Counted from the first letter of the stretch, positions 18,493 through 28,983 are shown. The stretch: 64,000 bases of DNA from Verrucomicrobiia bacterium (GCA_028687435.1 JAQUAF010000004.1:66344-130343), one strand, 5' to 3'. A program made the numbers and translations. The notes: generated by a model from the sequence alone, not told the origin.

Positions 18493-19296
18493 TCAGCCCG
18501 ATGGACGGAAGCGGGAAGGGGGGAGTCCGTAACGCTTGCGGAAAGCGCGGCTGAAATGGAAGGGGCTGGAATAATGAAGGCTTTCCGCGATCTCGGAAAG
18601 TTTCCGGTCGGAATCCCGCAGCCAGGCCGCCGCGCGGGCCAGACGCAGTTCCTCATACCACGCCTTGGGCGGCAGGCCGGTCTGCCTGGCAAACACCTTG
18701 CGAAAACGTCCCTCGCAAAGATGCGCCCGCGCCGCCAGTTCCGCGATGGAAAGCGGCTTTTCGCAAGTGGCCTGCATGAGGGTTAAAACATCGCGCATCC
18801 GCCGCCGGCCCGGTGTCTCAACCGTCCGTCGTCCAACCCATGCATCCTGCCAGCGATAAAGCAGATGCAAAAACGATGCAGCCGCCAGTTGGGCGCCGCT
18901 CCCATCCCGCTCCAGCAACCGCATGATTTCAACCAGCGTTTCCGCCTCGCGCGGCATCCGGCGGATGGAAAACAGGGTGTTGCAAGCCAGGCCGGGCGGA
19001 AAATGACCGCTGCATTCCAACCACCAGAAACTCCACAGCGGCGCCACACACCCGTATCCCATCACCGCCGAGGGATCGATCAGCGCCAGGGTTTCCGCAG
19101 CGCAAGACAACTCGCGCGTCTTCAATCTCAGCCGCCCCTCCCCCCCAAGAGTCCGCACCACAATCAACCCCTTGTGGGGATAACCGGGTTTCCACCGGAC
19201 CTGATAACTGGAATCGGCGCGGACTTCCCATGCGCGATGAATGCGAAGGCTGCCCGCCGCCGCCCTGCCGCTCGGGGAATAAAGCTGATCATGCAT
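18493..19296 (-). CDS. AraC family transcriptional regulator
   Basis: C-terminal HTH pair (LSIAELAARAHLCEGRFRKVFARQTGLPPKAWYEELRLARAAAWL...FHFSRAFRKRYGLPPSRFR). Confidence 0.8.
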   Translation of the reverse strand: MHDQLYSPSGRAAAGSLRIHRAWEVRADSSYQVRWKPGYPHKGLIVVRTLGGEGRLRLKTRELSCAAETLALIDPSAVMGYGCVAPLWSFWWLECSGHFPPGLACNTLFSIRRMPREAETLVEIMRLLERDGSGAQLAAASFLHLLYRWQDAWVGRRTVETPGRRRMRDVLTLMQATCEKPLSIAELAARAHLCEGRFRKVFARQTGLPPKAWYEELRLARAAAWLRDSDRKLSEIAESLHYSSPFHFSRAFRKRYGLPPSRFRPSG

Positions 19297-19390
19297 GGTT
19301 TGAAAAGTGTATGATTATGTCCGATTCTTCCATGGAATGTCGAGATTTTGATGATATTTTTAGTATATCAATCAAAACCACCCTTCCCCC

Positions 19391-20467
19391 ATGAAACTTT
19401 CCCCCCGCGAAAATCTTCTGAGAACCCTGCGCCGTCAGGGATTCGAGCAAGTCCCGGTCGATCCGGGATGTTTTTGCCCCTCCCAAACCGAGGCGTTTAA
19501 AAAACGCTTCGGCCACGAGGATCACTACGCCTTTTTTCAAGCGCCCATGCGCCACGCGGGAATCCCCACCGTCCAATCCTTCAATGGATGGAAAGAAAAA
19601 TACTACCGCCACGAGGAACTTCCGGCGGACACGGAATTTGACGCCTTCGGGGTGGGGCATTCGCATCGACCGGGCTGTTTTCACATGACCCGGATGCATC
19701 ACCCGTTGAAAGGGGAAGGGTTGACCGCGGACGACGTGCTCCGCTATCCCCTGCCCAAGCTGGCCGAAAACGCCCGTTCCCATTTGCGTGAAAAATGCGA
19801 CCAGTTGCATCAGGATGGCTTGGCGGTCATGGGCTGCCTGGGCTGCACGGTTTGGGAATGTTCCTGGTACATTCGCTCGATGGAAGACCTGATGGCCGAC
19901 ATGCTGACCGGGGAGGAAACCGCCGCATTGTTGCTGGATCGCGTGAGCGATCTTGCCTGCGAACGGGCGCGGTGCGCGGTGGAGGCGGGCGCGGACTTGC
20001 TTCAACTCGGAGACGACATCGGCATGCAATCATCCCCCATGATGAGCCTGGACCTGTGGCGTCAATGGCTGCAACCCCGGCTCAAAAAAGTGATCGATGC
20101 GGCGCGGTCCGTCCGGCCGGACATCCTGATTTTTTATCATTCCTGCGGTTATGTCCTGCCGTTTTTGGACGGTTTGATTGAGGCGGGGGTGGATATCCTG
20201 AATCCCGTCCAACCCGAATGCATGCAATTCGAGGAAGTCCATGCCAGGGTCGGAACACGGCTGTCGTTCTGGAGCACCATCGGGACGCAAACAACCCTGC
20301 CTTTTGGAAAACCCGATGAGGTGCGCGAGACGGTATGGCGGAATCTGCGCATCTGCGGCAATCAAGGCGGAATCGTGATCGGCCCCACCCACATGGTGGA
20401 ACCGGAAGTGCCGTGGGAAAACCTGATGGCCATGAAAGAGGCCTGCGAAAATTTCAGATTAAATTAA
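19391..20467 (+). CDS. Uroporphyrinogen decarboxylase (URO-D) / MtaA-like family protein
   Basis: 358 aa with a URO-D-fold signature (ERARCAVEAGADLLQLGDDIGMQSSPMMS...ILIFYHSCGYVLPFLDGLIEAGVDILNPVQPE). Confidence 0.7.
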   Translation: MKLSPRENLLRTLRRQGFEQVPVDPGCFCPSQTEAFKKRFGHEDHYAFFQAPMRHAGIPTVQSFNGWKEKYYRHEELPADTEFDAFGVGHSHRPGCFHMTRMHHPLKGEGLTADDVLRYPLPKLAENARSHLREKCDQLHQDGLAVMGCLGCTVWECSWYIRSMEDLMADMLTGEETAALLLDRVSDLACERARCAVEAGADLLQLGDDIGMQSSPMMSLDLWRQWLQPRLKKVIDAARSVRPDILIFYHSCGYVLPFLDGLIEAGVDILNPVQPECMQFEEVHARVGTRLSFWSTIGTQTTLPFGKPDEVRETVWRNLRICGNQGGIVIGPTHMVEPEVPWENLMAMKEACENFRLN

Positions 20468-20494
20468 GCCGCGCCAGGCGCGGCAACTTGAATA

Positions 20495-20636
20495 GCCACA
20501 AAAGGCACAAGCATCGTCAACAGGACAACGTTGACGATGTCACAAAATATGTTTTATCAAATGTCAACCATCCATTCTGAAATTAAATCTTGTGAAAGCG
20601 GCAATCGCGATTGCCGCTGCTTGTGCCTTTTGTGGC
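20495..20636. repeat. 142-bp highly structured element: 18-bp perfect outer stem enclosing two internal hairpins
   Basis: GCCACAAAAGGCACAAGC (20495-20512) pairs perfectly with GCTTGTGCCTTTTGTGGC (20619-20636). Inner hairpins: ATCGTCAAC-AGGACAAC-GTTGACGAT and GCGGCAATCG/CGATTGCCGC. Lies between the convergent URO-D and tsaB genes. Confidence 0.7.
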
Positions 20637-20681
20637 CATTCAATCGTGCCGATGATACTGAAACTTTGAATTTCCCAAACA

Positions 20682-21344
20682 TCAAGCTGAACTTCGCCCG
20701 GGCACGGCCACGCGGACATAATGGGGACCGAGACTGGAAAGCGCGGGCGCGCGGGAAAAATCCTGACGGCAGGCCAGCGCGCCGGTGGCTGATGCTGTGG
20801 GGAAAAGGCACAACCAAGGCGTCCCGGCCAAAAACGGAAAATCTTCAACCTTCAGTTCGTAACTGATCACCGCCGCAAAAGACCGTCCGAAAATTTGTTC
20901 CAATCCGGAGGGAGGCGCAACACGGGTTTCCGCCTGCCTCAGCGCACCTCCCCGCAATTCGACCTTGGCGCCAAAGATTTCCTCCCGCCGGGCATCGTTG
21001 AGCGCCAGAAAATCACCATCGGAAAGCTTGAGTTGACTGGCGGCCTGCGCGGCAAGGGCAAGCGGCGTCGGAATCTCGCACACCGGCATCTCATCCGCGC
21101 AAAGCAACCCCTTCAAGAATGCATAGCCAACCCGGAGGCCATTGTACGATCCGGGACCCTGGCCGATGACACAAAAATCGACGTCCTCCAACCGGACGCC
21201 AAGCCGCCGGTAAAGCGGCTCGATCAGGCGGGAAGCGTTGCCGCTTTCGGACACTTCGCGCAAGACAGTCTCCCCCTCGCCCAAGGCGAGACTCAATTGG
21301 GACGAAGAACTTTCAATGGCAAACCAACGGCGGGAGGTTTTCAT
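20682..21344 (-). CDS. tsaB: tRNA threonylcarbamoyladenosine biosynthesis protein TsaB
   Basis: 220 aa, YeaZ-like (LSLALGEGETVL...CVIGQGPGSYNGLRVGYAFLKGL). Confidence 0.85.
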   Translation of the reverse strand: MKTSRRWFAIESSSSQLSLALGEGETVLREVSESGNASRLIEPLYRRLGVRLEDVDFCVIGQGPGSYNGLRVGYAFLKGLLCADEMPVCEIPTPLALAAQAASQLKLSDGDFLALNDARREEIFGAKVELRGGALRQAETRVAPPSGLEQIFGRSFAAVISYELKVEDFPFLAGTPWLCLFPTASATGALACRQDFSRAPALSSLGPHYVRVAVPGRSSA

Positions 21345-21769
21345 CAGGGATTCGTCATGGATACCCGCCAGGCACCATCTTGCGTTTCGGCAAACACCAC
21401 CCGATAGGTGCGGGAATCGGGCAGAAGGGGTTCAACCAATTTCGGCCATTCAATGGCCAGCACATTTTCCTGACTCAACTCCTGTTCCAAATCCAGGGCC
21501 TCAACCTCCTCCAAACGCTTCAGTCGATACAAGTCGTAATGAACCAGATCCAACCGTCCGCCACGATAGTAATGGACGAGGTTGAATGTGGGGCTGGTGA
21601 CAGGCTGCTGAAAGCCAAGCCCGGCTGCAAGCCCCTTGACAAAGGTGGTTTTGCCGGCGCCCAGTTCGCCATAAAGGGCAAACACCTCGCCGCCCTGCGC
21701 CAGATGCGCGGCGTCAGCCGCCAAATTCATGGTCTCCTGGGCCGAACGGCAAAGATGATGGCTGGTCAT
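21344..21769 (-). CDS. tsaE: tRNA threonylcarbamoyladenosine biosynthesis ATPase TsaE
   Basis: 141 aa with YjeE P-loop (FALYGELGAGKTTFVKGLA..SPTFNLVHYY). Confidence 0.85.
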   Translation of the reverse strand: MTSHHLCRSAQETMNLAADAAHLAQGGEVFALYGELGAGKTTFVKGLAAGLGFQQPVTSPTFNLVHYYRGGRLDLVHYDLYRLKRLEEVEALDLEQELSQENVLAIEWPKLVEPLLPDSRTYRVVFAETQDGAWRVSMTNP

Positions 21770-21801
21770 GACCGCAAGAAAACCGGCGTGGCCGCGTCCC
21801 G

Positions 21802-22188
21802 TCAGGGAACAATGAATATCTTGCCGGTATGCGGACAGCGGACTGGCGTTCCCGAAGCCATGGCGCCCACATCCACAAGGGTTTTATCCTGGGCATAGGG
21901 GCTTTTCACCAAGCCGGGCCATTTGGTCTTGATGCCGAATGGATATCCGCTCTTCTTGGGCAGCTTGTCCAGAGGAATGATCTGATTGGAATCCGCTGCG
22001 GTGGGAGGAGGGGGAGGAGGTTGGGAAGGCTGGGATGGCGCCGGTTCAGAAGGGGGATCAGCCGGCACTTCGCTCCCCGGCGTGGGTTGCTGGGGTTCCG
22101 TCTTCTTGGCGGACTGCGTTGTGGCGCACCCGGAAAATACAAGGGCAGCCGCCAAAGCGAAAATACTGGTCAAGCGGATCGATTTCAT
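21802..22188 (-). CDS. Lipoprotein, Pro-rich, hypothetical
   Basis: Signal peptide with lipobox (LVFSGC), then a PQQPTPGSEVPADPPSEPAPSQPSQPPPPPP linker. Confidence 0.5.
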   Translation of the reverse strand: MKSIRLTSIFALAAALVFSGCATTQSAKKTEPQQPTPGSEVPADPPSEPAPSQPSQPPPPPPTAADSNQIIPLDKLPKKSGYPFGIKTKWPGLVKSPYAQDKTLVDVGAMASGTPVRCPHTGKIFIVP

Positions 22189-22248
22189 AACAAAACAGAC
22201 TAAAGCATAAACCGGCGGTCATTCAACTCAAAACAAACACCCAAAAAC

Positions 22249-23382
22249 TCAAACCATCCGGACAGCGCTATCGTCGTCAAACTTGCATCGCAACATCTCG
22301 GCGGTGGAGGGGGAAATCAGGCTGCCCTCCAAAAGCTGTCCCAGGCGCTTTTGCCAGGAAACCGACCGGCTGCCCGCCAGACATTCCGCATCCAGCCGCG
22401 CCCACGATCCATTGACAATCGCGGACCGGATCGCCTGCTGGTCGTTGACCAGCGCCTCGTACATCAATTCCGGCAGCACATACTCCCCATCCTGCGCCTC
22501 CCGCCTGACCAACATCTGGCAGATCACCCCCCTCACCAACCCGCCCAGTTTATGACGCAATACGCGGCACCCCTCGGAATTCTGAAAGGAATGGGCATCC
22601 ATCACGGCATCGAAAACACGCGACACCCGGTCGGCAAAGGTGGTGGTGATGACCAGATGCCCGCTGCCCGCGGCTTCCACCGCCAGCCGGATGGTTTCGG
22701 GTGTGCGCATCTCACCAATCACAATCAAATCGGGTTTTTCCCTTTTGGCCCGGAAAATTCCCTCCTCCCATGTCTGGACATGGGTCCCCACATGTTTCTG
22801 CGAGAACATGCAGTCCCTGAAACGAAAAACGTACTCCACGGGATCCTCCAGGCTGACCACATGCGATCCCGGATAAATCTGGCAGAACTCCCTCACCAGC
22901 GACGCCATGGTGGTGGATTTGCCGCTTCCCGTGGGACCTCCAACCACGATGATTCCCTCGCGTTTTTCAAGCAGCGCGGCGGCAAGCCCCTTCGGAAAAC
23001 CCAACCCGTCCAACGGATCGATCTGCGCCCGCAAAACCCGCACATCCACGGCAAACCCCATGTAATTCTCGCTCTCATGCCCGCGAAACCGGTACAGTTG
23101 CTCCCCCACCGTGGCGTCAAAGGAAAAATCAAGGCTGTCCGGACGGGCCTTGCGCAAGTCGCCCTCGGAATCCACCTGCATGGCCTCCGCCAAAAAACGG
23201 GACATCTCCGCCTCGGTCAAGGAATCGCGCAAGGAAGGATGCGGCATCCACTGGCGGTTCATGTTCACAAAAGGCGGGCTGCCGTTCTGCAGGCGCAAGT
23301 CGCTGATGAAAGGGGTGAGGCTCCGGTCATTGAGGTAACGTCTCAACATCACCGGATTGATTGGAGAAGCGGGAGAAGACAT
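22249..23382 (-). CDS. PilT/PilU-family type IV pilus retraction ATPase
   Basis: 377 aa. Walker A GIIVVGGPTGSGKSTT, plus Asp-box and His-box regions typical of PilT. Confidence 0.8.
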   Translation of the reverse strand: MSSPASPINPVMLRRYLNDRSLTPFISDLRLQNGSPPFVNMNRQWMPHPSLRDSLTEAEMSRFLAEAMQVDSEGDLRKARPDSLDFSFDATVGEQLYRFRGHESENYMGFAVDVRVLRAQIDPLDGLGFPKGLAAALLEKREGIIVVGGPTGSGKSTTMASLVREFCQIYPGSHVVSLEDPVEYVFRFRDCMFSQKHVGTHVQTWEEGIFRAKREKPDLIVIGEMRTPETIRLAVEAAGSGHLVITTTFADRVSRVFDAVMDAHSFQNSEGCRVLRHKLGGLVRGVICQMLVRREAQDGEYVLPELMYEALVNDQQAIRSAIVNGSWARLDAECLAGSRSVSWQKRLGQLLEGSLISPSTAEMLRCKFDDDSAVRMV

Positions 23383-23422
23383 GATGATTCAAAATTTAAG
23401 ATTCAAGATTGACCTTCCCTTT

Positions 23423-24241
23423 TCATGGAAGGGGTTTTGAGTCGAATATCGAACGGGTTTCGCCGGGCCTTCTGCCCGCCGCGTTTTTTTCCAGCATCAA
23501 AATCTGTTCCAGCAACATCCGCCGCCGGCGTTCGAGCCTTTGGACTTCGTCGCCCAATTCACCGGCGGAAAGATTCGTCCGCAAACTCTCGACCCGCACC
23601 GCGCCATCGGGCTGGGCGCTCAACCGGAAACACCCCATCCTCAGCAGGGGCGCCAGCAAATCCTCGGTGACTATGCCCTCGGGCTTGATGCTGACCGATA
23701 AATCCCCGCCTGCCTGCCGGGCCGCCTTTCGCAAAAGCTGCAATTCGCGCAAAACCATCTCCACCCGCCGCCCCGCAACCGCCGGCAGGGCGGCGCTTTG
23801 CATCTCCCCCCCATTGAGCGAGGGTTTCCATCTGGAAGCGCCCGGTTCCCTGGACATCACATCCACCCTTGGAGATGGCGCATAGCCATCCGCCTCTTCA
23901 TTCCGATTCTGCCGGGAACTTCTGGTTGTGGATTGAAGGGGGGATTTTCCGGAAAAATCCTCCGCCTCAATCTCGAGCGAACCGCCCCCCTCGCGGGCCG
24001 GCATTGCCGGCTCATTGCGGGAAACCACCCGGATGCCCAGTTCCGGCTCCGCGTCCACATCCGCCGGGCGCGCTGCATTCTGGCGCGATACTTCAACCAA
24101 ATCCCTTCCCACCCGTTTGACGCGGATTTGTTCCTCTTCCGCGCGCAGATGCCCCACCCCAAGACAAACCACCCATCCCGCAATCGCCAGCTTCCATATC
24201 CGCGGAAAGCGGTTGAGAAAGGAGAAAAATGGCCATCTCAT
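23423..24241 (-). CDS. Hypothetical secreted protein upstream of PilT-like gene
   Basis: 272 aa. N-terminal hydrophobic signal/anchor. Low-complexity, charged. Confidence 0.4.
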   Translation of the reverse strand: MRWPFFSFLNRFPRIWKLAIAGWVVCLGVGHLRAEEEQIRVKRVGRDLVEVSRQNAARPADVDAEPELGIRVVSRNEPAMPAREGGGSLEIEAEDFSGKSPLQSTTRSSRQNRNEEADGYAPSPRVDVMSREPGASRWKPSLNGGEMQSAALPAVAGRRVEMVLRELQLLRKAARQAGGDLSVSIKPEGIVTEDLLAPLLRMGCFRLSAQPDGAVRVESLRTNLSAGELGDEVQRLERRRRMLLEQILMLEKNAAGRRPGETRSIFDSKPLP

Positions 24242-24298
24242 ACCCTCCTATGGGTTGTCAGGCATCCATCGACAAGCGATTTTAAAAAAAATCCGCAA

Positions 24299-25279
24299 TT
24301 ATTCCGAAACCCGGCTTGCAAACCACTCGTAAGTCCGGCGCAAGCCGGCGGCAAGACCGGTGCGGGGATTCCATCCCATTTGCCGGAGCGGCGTCCAGTC
24401 GAGCGTCTTCGCCGCCGCGCCATCCGGCTTGGAGGTATCCCACGCAATCCGCCCCTTGAAACCTGTCACTTCAACCAGGCAAGCCGCCAACTCGGCAATG
24501 GAACAAACCTGTCCCGACCCCGCATTGACCGGCGCCTCCCCATCGTAACGCTCCAGCAAAAGCAAAACCGCCTCCGCCAGATCGTCCACATAAAGCAACT
24601 CTCTCTGAGGCCGTCCACTACCCCACAAGACCACCTCCGAAGCCCCGGTCTGTTTCGCCTCATGAAACCGGCGCATCAAGGCGGTCACCACATGGGCGCG
24701 CTCCGGGTCCAGGCAATCCCCGGGGCCATAGACCCCGGCGGGAATGACATTGATATAGGCAACCCCGTGCTGCCGCCGGTAGGCGTCGCACATGATCATC
24801 CCGGCCAGTTTGGCCGTTGAATAGGGTTCGCTGGTCGGTTCCATGGGCCCGGTCCCGATCTGCTCCGGCCGCATCGGCTGCGAACATTCGCGAGGATAAA
24901 CACATCCCGATCCAAAGTTAACCAGACGCCGCACCCCCGCCTTCCACGCGGCATGGATGACATTGGCCTCAATCATGAGATTGTCATAAATAAAATCCGC
25001 CGGCTGCTTCCGGTTCGCGCCAATCCCCCCAACCCGGCCGGCCGCCACAATCACCGCATCGGGACGTTCCTTTTCCAAAAACGTCGTCACCGCCGGACCA
25101 TTGCGCAAATCCAATTCCCCCCGGGAAACCGTCAAAATCTTTGCCCCGTTTTCGTCCGACAACCGCCTTGTCAAGGCGGAACCCACAAGCCCCGAATGAC
25201 CGGCCACAAAAACGCGCCTGCCCGAAAGGGGAAAACACCGGTTGGATTGACGTTCGACGCCCATAAGCGCGCAAATCAT
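24299..25279 (-). CDS. fcl: GDP-L-fucose synthase
   Basis: RVFVAGHSGLVGSALTRRL NAD(P) motif; YSTAK catalytic Y-x3-K. The track ORF extends to 25462 into a repeat; start chosen at the ATG at 25279 (alternative 25264). Confidence 0.85.
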   Translation of the reverse strand: MICALMGVERQSNRCFPLSGRRVFVAGHSGLVGSALTRRLSDENGAKILTVSRGELDLRNGPAVTTFLEKERPDAVIVAAGRVGGIGANRKQPADFIYDNLMIEANVIHAAWKAGVRRLVNFGSGCVYPRECSQPMRPEQIGTGPMEPTSEPYSTAKLAGMIMCDAYRRQHGVAYINVIPAGVYGPGDCLDPERAHVVTALMRRFHEAKQTGASEVVLWGSGRPQRELLYVDDLAEAVLLLLERYDGEAPVNAGSGQVCSIAELAACLVEVTGFKGRIAWDTSKPDGAAAKTLDWTPLRQMGWNPRTGLAAGLRRTYEWFASRVSE

Positions 25280-25334
25280 GCCCACGCCCCCGGCCATGAA
25301 CAAGAAAAAAGCCGCGCCGGAGCGCGACGGCTCG

Positions 25335-25440
25335 ACGCCCAATGCTCGATCCGCCTTCGCTCTGCGAACTTGCGCCTTCGCCAAAGCTTCGGCGTCACAA
25401 GCTGGCGAGACAAGCGCCGAAGCAAAAAACCGGCAAGGCG
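25335..25440. repeat. Family-B module (variant)
   Basis: CTCGATCCGCCTTCGC..CTTCGGCG..GAGACAAGCGCC, related to 624-676, 40262-40320 and 62102-62160. Confidence 0.6.
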
Positions 25441-25451
25441 GTGCGGGAGCC

Positions 25452-25553
25452 CCGCCCTCCATTCATTTCGCGACAAATGGAGGGCGGGGCTCCCGCACCG
25501 CCTTTTTCGCCAAATATTGAAATTTCTGAACATGAACCAAGACAATTTTCTCA
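25452..25553. repeat. Family-A hairpin repeat, complete copy plus tail
   Basis: CAAGGCGGTGCGGGAGCCCCGCCCTCC..GGAGGGCGGGGCTCCCGCACCGCCTTTTTCGCCAAATATTGAAATTTCTGAACAT. Confidence 0.85.
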
Positions 25554-25641
25554 AAAAATTTGCAAAAATTCGTTTATCCCCTATATTATGGCAAACGTTT
25601 GCCGCCCACAACCACACTTCTTCAATCATAAAAAAGGCCTC

Positions 25642-27306
25642 ATGAAAAATCCTTTTGCCAGGTCACGCTGCCAAAATTTCATGCATCCGAAGAAAAACGG
25701 CTTTTTCATCCTTTTCCTCATCGGCTGGCTCTCTCTCTTTCTCGGGGTTTTTACAATCTTGAGCCCTGCCGCACCGTCCAAAAATCAACCGGCCAACCCC
25801 GGCTCTGAAAAGGTGAAGGTTGCCCAGTTGGAGGGATGGAAATCTCCACCCTACTGGTCATCCATTCTGCGCCCCGTCAACGAAAAAGGCGACACCCGCA
25901 GCGACTTGTTCCACGCCAGACTGACCTCGTCACTTCCCTCTCAAAAAGAGGGCATATGGCGGGGTGTCGTGTGTCCGGCCATCAGTCCCAAGGACTTTTT
26001 AGGCCATCGTTTCCGCTTTACGGTCCAAGCCAAAGGCAAAGGCGAATTATCCCTGGGATGCGCCGAACATGTGACCAAAGACAAATCCGGCACACCCGAC
26101 ATTCGTCTGAACTGGCAAAAGAATCCCATTGCGCTGACAGAGGACTGGCAGGAGGTTGCATTTGAATTCCAAGTCATGGATCCACAACTCACAAAGCTCC
26201 ATGTCATGTCCGAGGTGCGTGGCAACAATGCCGAAGCCTGCTTCGACAAGGCTTCCCTCGCAACGGTGAGCCCGACGGAAGTCAGCATGACGGCCACGCC
26301 CGCGCATACCATGACAACACCGGATGAAAAAGTCGCCATCCGTGTTGCCGTGTCCAAGGGAGGCCAACCCGCGGCGGGCGTGAACATCAGGACTCTCATC
26401 CATTTGGAAGCTGGAACCTCAAGCAGGACGGAACCGGAAGGTTGGACAAACATCCAAACCAATCCTTCAGGCATCGCGGAAATTGTCTGCGATTGGCCGG
26501 CTCAAACAACATCTGCGGTTTACCGCATCGTGATCGCCCAACCGGATTCGGGCCTGGCTTGCACGACATATGTCGAACTTGCCGACAAGGCAACCTGTGA
26601 AACGTTTGCGGCAGCGGCCCAAAAGGCCAAGCTCTTGCCTCAACCAGCCCATCTGCTGTTCATTGGAGACAGCCTGACCGATTTTCAACGCGGATACAAT
26701 TACGTGGATGAACTGCAAACATGGTTGAGAACATCAGGCAAAAAGGTTTCGACTCACAACGCGGGTGTTGGCGGCGATTTCACCTCCCGCGTCTGGCAAA
26801 GAATGAACAAGGATCCCAAGTCATACCGGCCTGAGATGTATGACCATCTGTTCGATCCCAAACCCAGCCATGTCTTTTTCTGCCTTGGCCACAACGACAG
26901 CAAAGTCAGCAGCGCTTCGAACTATGCGCAGCCTCTTGTGCCTCTTGGAACCTTCGGAAACATCTACCGCCAAGCCATCCGGAAGATTCAACAGGAAACC
27001 GGAGCCAGGGTGACGGTGATTTCGACCACTTCGTCCCTGTTCGAGACATGCAAGGCCAACGCCGACAAAGCCCGGGCGGCAGGCAGGGAACACATGCTCT
27101 TCGGAAAACCGGACATGCTGGAAAAGTTCAACGCCATCGCCCAAAAAGCGGCGAAAGAAACGGGGGCGGACTATGTGAACATCTACGAGCCTTTCCGCGC
27201 TTATCCCGGCAAGCCAAGCCTCTTCAATCCGAATGACGGCGTGCACCTGTCCAACGCGGGAAATCGTCTTATCGCCCTGGAGTTGCTCAAATATTTGGGA
27301 CGGTAA
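25642..27306 (+). CDS. Secreted SGNH/GDSL-type hydrolase with N-terminal carbohydrate-binding-like domain
   Basis: Signal/TM segment (FFILFLIGWLSLFLGVFTIL). C-terminal SGNH motifs (LLFIGDSLTD; GVGGD; DGVHLS). True start at ATG 25642; the track start 25342 lies in a repeat. Confidence 0.65.
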   Translation: MKNPFARSRCQNFMHPKKNGFFILFLIGWLSLFLGVFTILSPAAPSKNQPANPGSEKVKVAQLEGWKSPPYWSSILRPVNEKGDTRSDLFHARLTSSLPSQKEGIWRGVVCPAISPKDFLGHRFRFTVQAKGKGELSLGCAEHVTKDKSGTPDIRLNWQKNPIALTEDWQEVAFEFQVMDPQLTKLHVMSEVRGNNAEACFDKASLATVSPTEVSMTATPAHTMTTPDEKVAIRVAVSKGGQPAAGVNIRTLIHLEAGTSSRTEPEGWTNIQTNPSGIAEIVCDWPAQTTSAVYRIVIAQPDSGLACTTYVELADKATCETFAAAAQKAKLLPQPAHLLFIGDSLTDFQRGYNYVDELQTWLRTSGKKVSTHNAGVGGDFTSRVWQRMNKDPKSYRPEMYDHLFDPKPSHVFFCLGHNDSKVSSASNYAQPLVPLGTFGNIYRQAIRKIQQETGARVTVISTTSSLFETCKANADKARAAGREHMLFGKPDMLEKFNAIAQKAAKETGADYVNIYEPFRAYPGKPSLFNPNDGVHLSNAGNRLIALELLKYLGR

Positions 27307-27322
27307 ATCAACCTGCCTCGCC

Positions 27323-28345
27323 ATGAATGATTTTTCGCCATCCGAAACCAATGCGGCGCTTCATCTCAAGGAGATCGCGCGCAAAACCGGTTTTTCCATT
27401 TCGTCCGTCTCCCGCGCCCTCAATTCATATCCCGACAAGAACTCGCACATCTCGGAAAAAACCCGCCAAAAAATCGTCGAGTCGGCGCGCAAAACCGGTT
27501 TCCGGCGCAACCGCGCGGCGGAATTCATGCGGCGCGGCAGCCAGCCCACCATCGGAGTGTTCGTCCCCACCGTCTCCTCCAGCCTCACCGCCGACCTGAT
27601 TCTGGGCATCTCCGAAGTCCTGACCGAGGAGGATTTCCCCGTCCAGATCGGATCTTTTCAATCCAAGGACGATTTTCATCATTTCATCAGCCGCAACACC
27701 GCCCTTTCCCACGCCGGAATCATCACCTACCCGCTGCTGATCTCCAACGACCAGGTGAGGGAAGAAATGAAAGCCTACCGGCATGGCGGCGGCAAGGTGG
27801 TCCTTCTAAACTCCACGCTGCACATGGAAGGGGTGCCTGTCGTGTCCATGGATGAAAGCCTCGGCGGACGCCTGGCAGCCGAACGGTTGTTGGAACGATC
27901 CTGCGAACGGTTTGCCGTCCTGGGTGAATACGAAACCCGCAATACCAGTTTTTTGGAAACCCTGGAGGCCCGGGGCAAAACGGCAAAAGCCATTCCCAAA
28001 GATCCCTTCGAGGAAGGTCCCGAAGGTCTGGCCGAGGTGGTGGAATTTTGCCGGGGCGCCACGGAATCCCAACCGGCGGGCGTCTTCGCCGTCACCGACG
28101 ACCTTGCCCTGCGGGTGATCCGGGAATTTGCCGCCACCCCCCTGAGGATCGGACGCGAAATTCTTCTCATCGGATACGATGACCTGGAACTGACCTCCCT
28201 CATGACGCCCGCCCTCACCACCCTTCACCAACCCATGAGGGAAAAAGGCCGTCTTGCCGCCCGCAAACTCATCAACATCCTTTACAACCGCCCTGAAACC
28301 TCCACAATCCTGCAGCCGCGTCTGGTCATCAGGGATACCGCATGA
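27323..28345 (+). CDS. LacI family transcriptional regulator
   Basis: [23 protein letters not shown] plus a periplasmic-binding-fold sugar sensor domain. The start at 27323 (MNDF) is preferred over the track start 27233. Confidence 0.8.
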   Translation: MNDFSPSETNAALHLKEIARKTGFSISSVSRALNSYPDKNSHISEKTRQKIVESARKTGFRRNRAAEFMRRGSQPTIGVFVPTVSSSLTADLILGISEVLTEEDFPVQIGSFQSKDDFHHFISRNTALSHAGIITYPLLISNDQVREEMKAYRHGGGKVVLLNSTLHMEGVPVVSMDESLGGRLAAERLLERSCERFAVLGEYETRNTSFLETLEARGKTAKAIPKDPFEEGPEGLAEVVEFCRGATESQPAGVFAVTDDLALRVIREFAATPLRIGREILLIGYDDLELTSLMTPALTTLHQPMREKGRLAARKLINILYNRPETSTILQPRLVIRDTA

Positions 28346-28983
28346 AATTCAAAATGCAAAAACATTCCGCCTTCACGCTGACCGAATTATTGGTCGTCAT
28401 AACGATTTTGTCCATGTTGTGCGCCCTGCTGGCGCCCGCCTTGGCGCAAGCCCGGGAAAAGGCAAGGCAGATCGTCTGCATAAACAATCTGAAACAATGC
28501 GGTCTGGGCTTGATGCTCTACACCAAGGACAATGAAGGCTGGATCCCCAGCGCCAAGGACGCCACCGCCGCCTATCCCTATTGGCACCAGTTTTTGGTGA
28601 TGAAAGGCTATCTCAACGACTACGAAGCCACCAAATGCCCCTCGTCAAAATTGCCAAAAGGATACTCTTATAACAGCTACGGGCTTCTCAGCGGCGCCTA
28701 CGACAGTTACCAATACAATTTATGGAACCTGCAGGATCCCGCCGCCAGGATTTTACTGGGCGACAGCGGGGAAACCACCCAGTTTCTCGGCTGTCCCAGC
28801 CTGGCAACCTCATATCCCTCAGCCCGGTTTGCCAACCTGAGGCATTCGGGAACCATGTCCGGCTGTTTTGCCGACGGAAGCGTGCGCGTTCTCGGCGTGG
28901 CCGACCTGTCGTCCGCCGGCCTGACCAACAAGACAAAATACATCCTCAACGGCATCGGCTATGTCGATGGAGTCCCCCAATGA
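28342..28983 (+). CDS. Prepilin-type N-terminal cleavage/methylation domain protein with H-X9-DG (DUF1559) motif
   Basis: [16 protein letters not shown] pilin-like N-terminus; C-terminal [12 protein letters not shown] matches H-X9-DG. This family is typical of the PVC superphylum. Confidence 0.8.
   Translation: MKFKMQKHSAFTLTELLVVITILSMLCALLAPALAQAREKARQIVCINNLKQCGLGLMLYTKDNEGWIPSAKDATAAYPYWHQFLVMKGYLNDYEATKCPSSKLPKGYSYNSYGLLSGAYDSYQYNLWNLQDPAARILLGDSGETTQFLGCPSLATSYPSARFANLRHSGTMSGCFADGSVRVLGVADLSSAGLTNKTKYILNGIGYVDGVPQ

Noticed and set aside
28722-28979. Upstream extension of the large multidomain protein (track start 28722)
   Set aside because: It would run entirely through the coding sequence of the upstream H-X9-DG gene in another frame. 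The ATG at 28980 gives a normal signal peptide and an ATGA overlap with the upstream stop.
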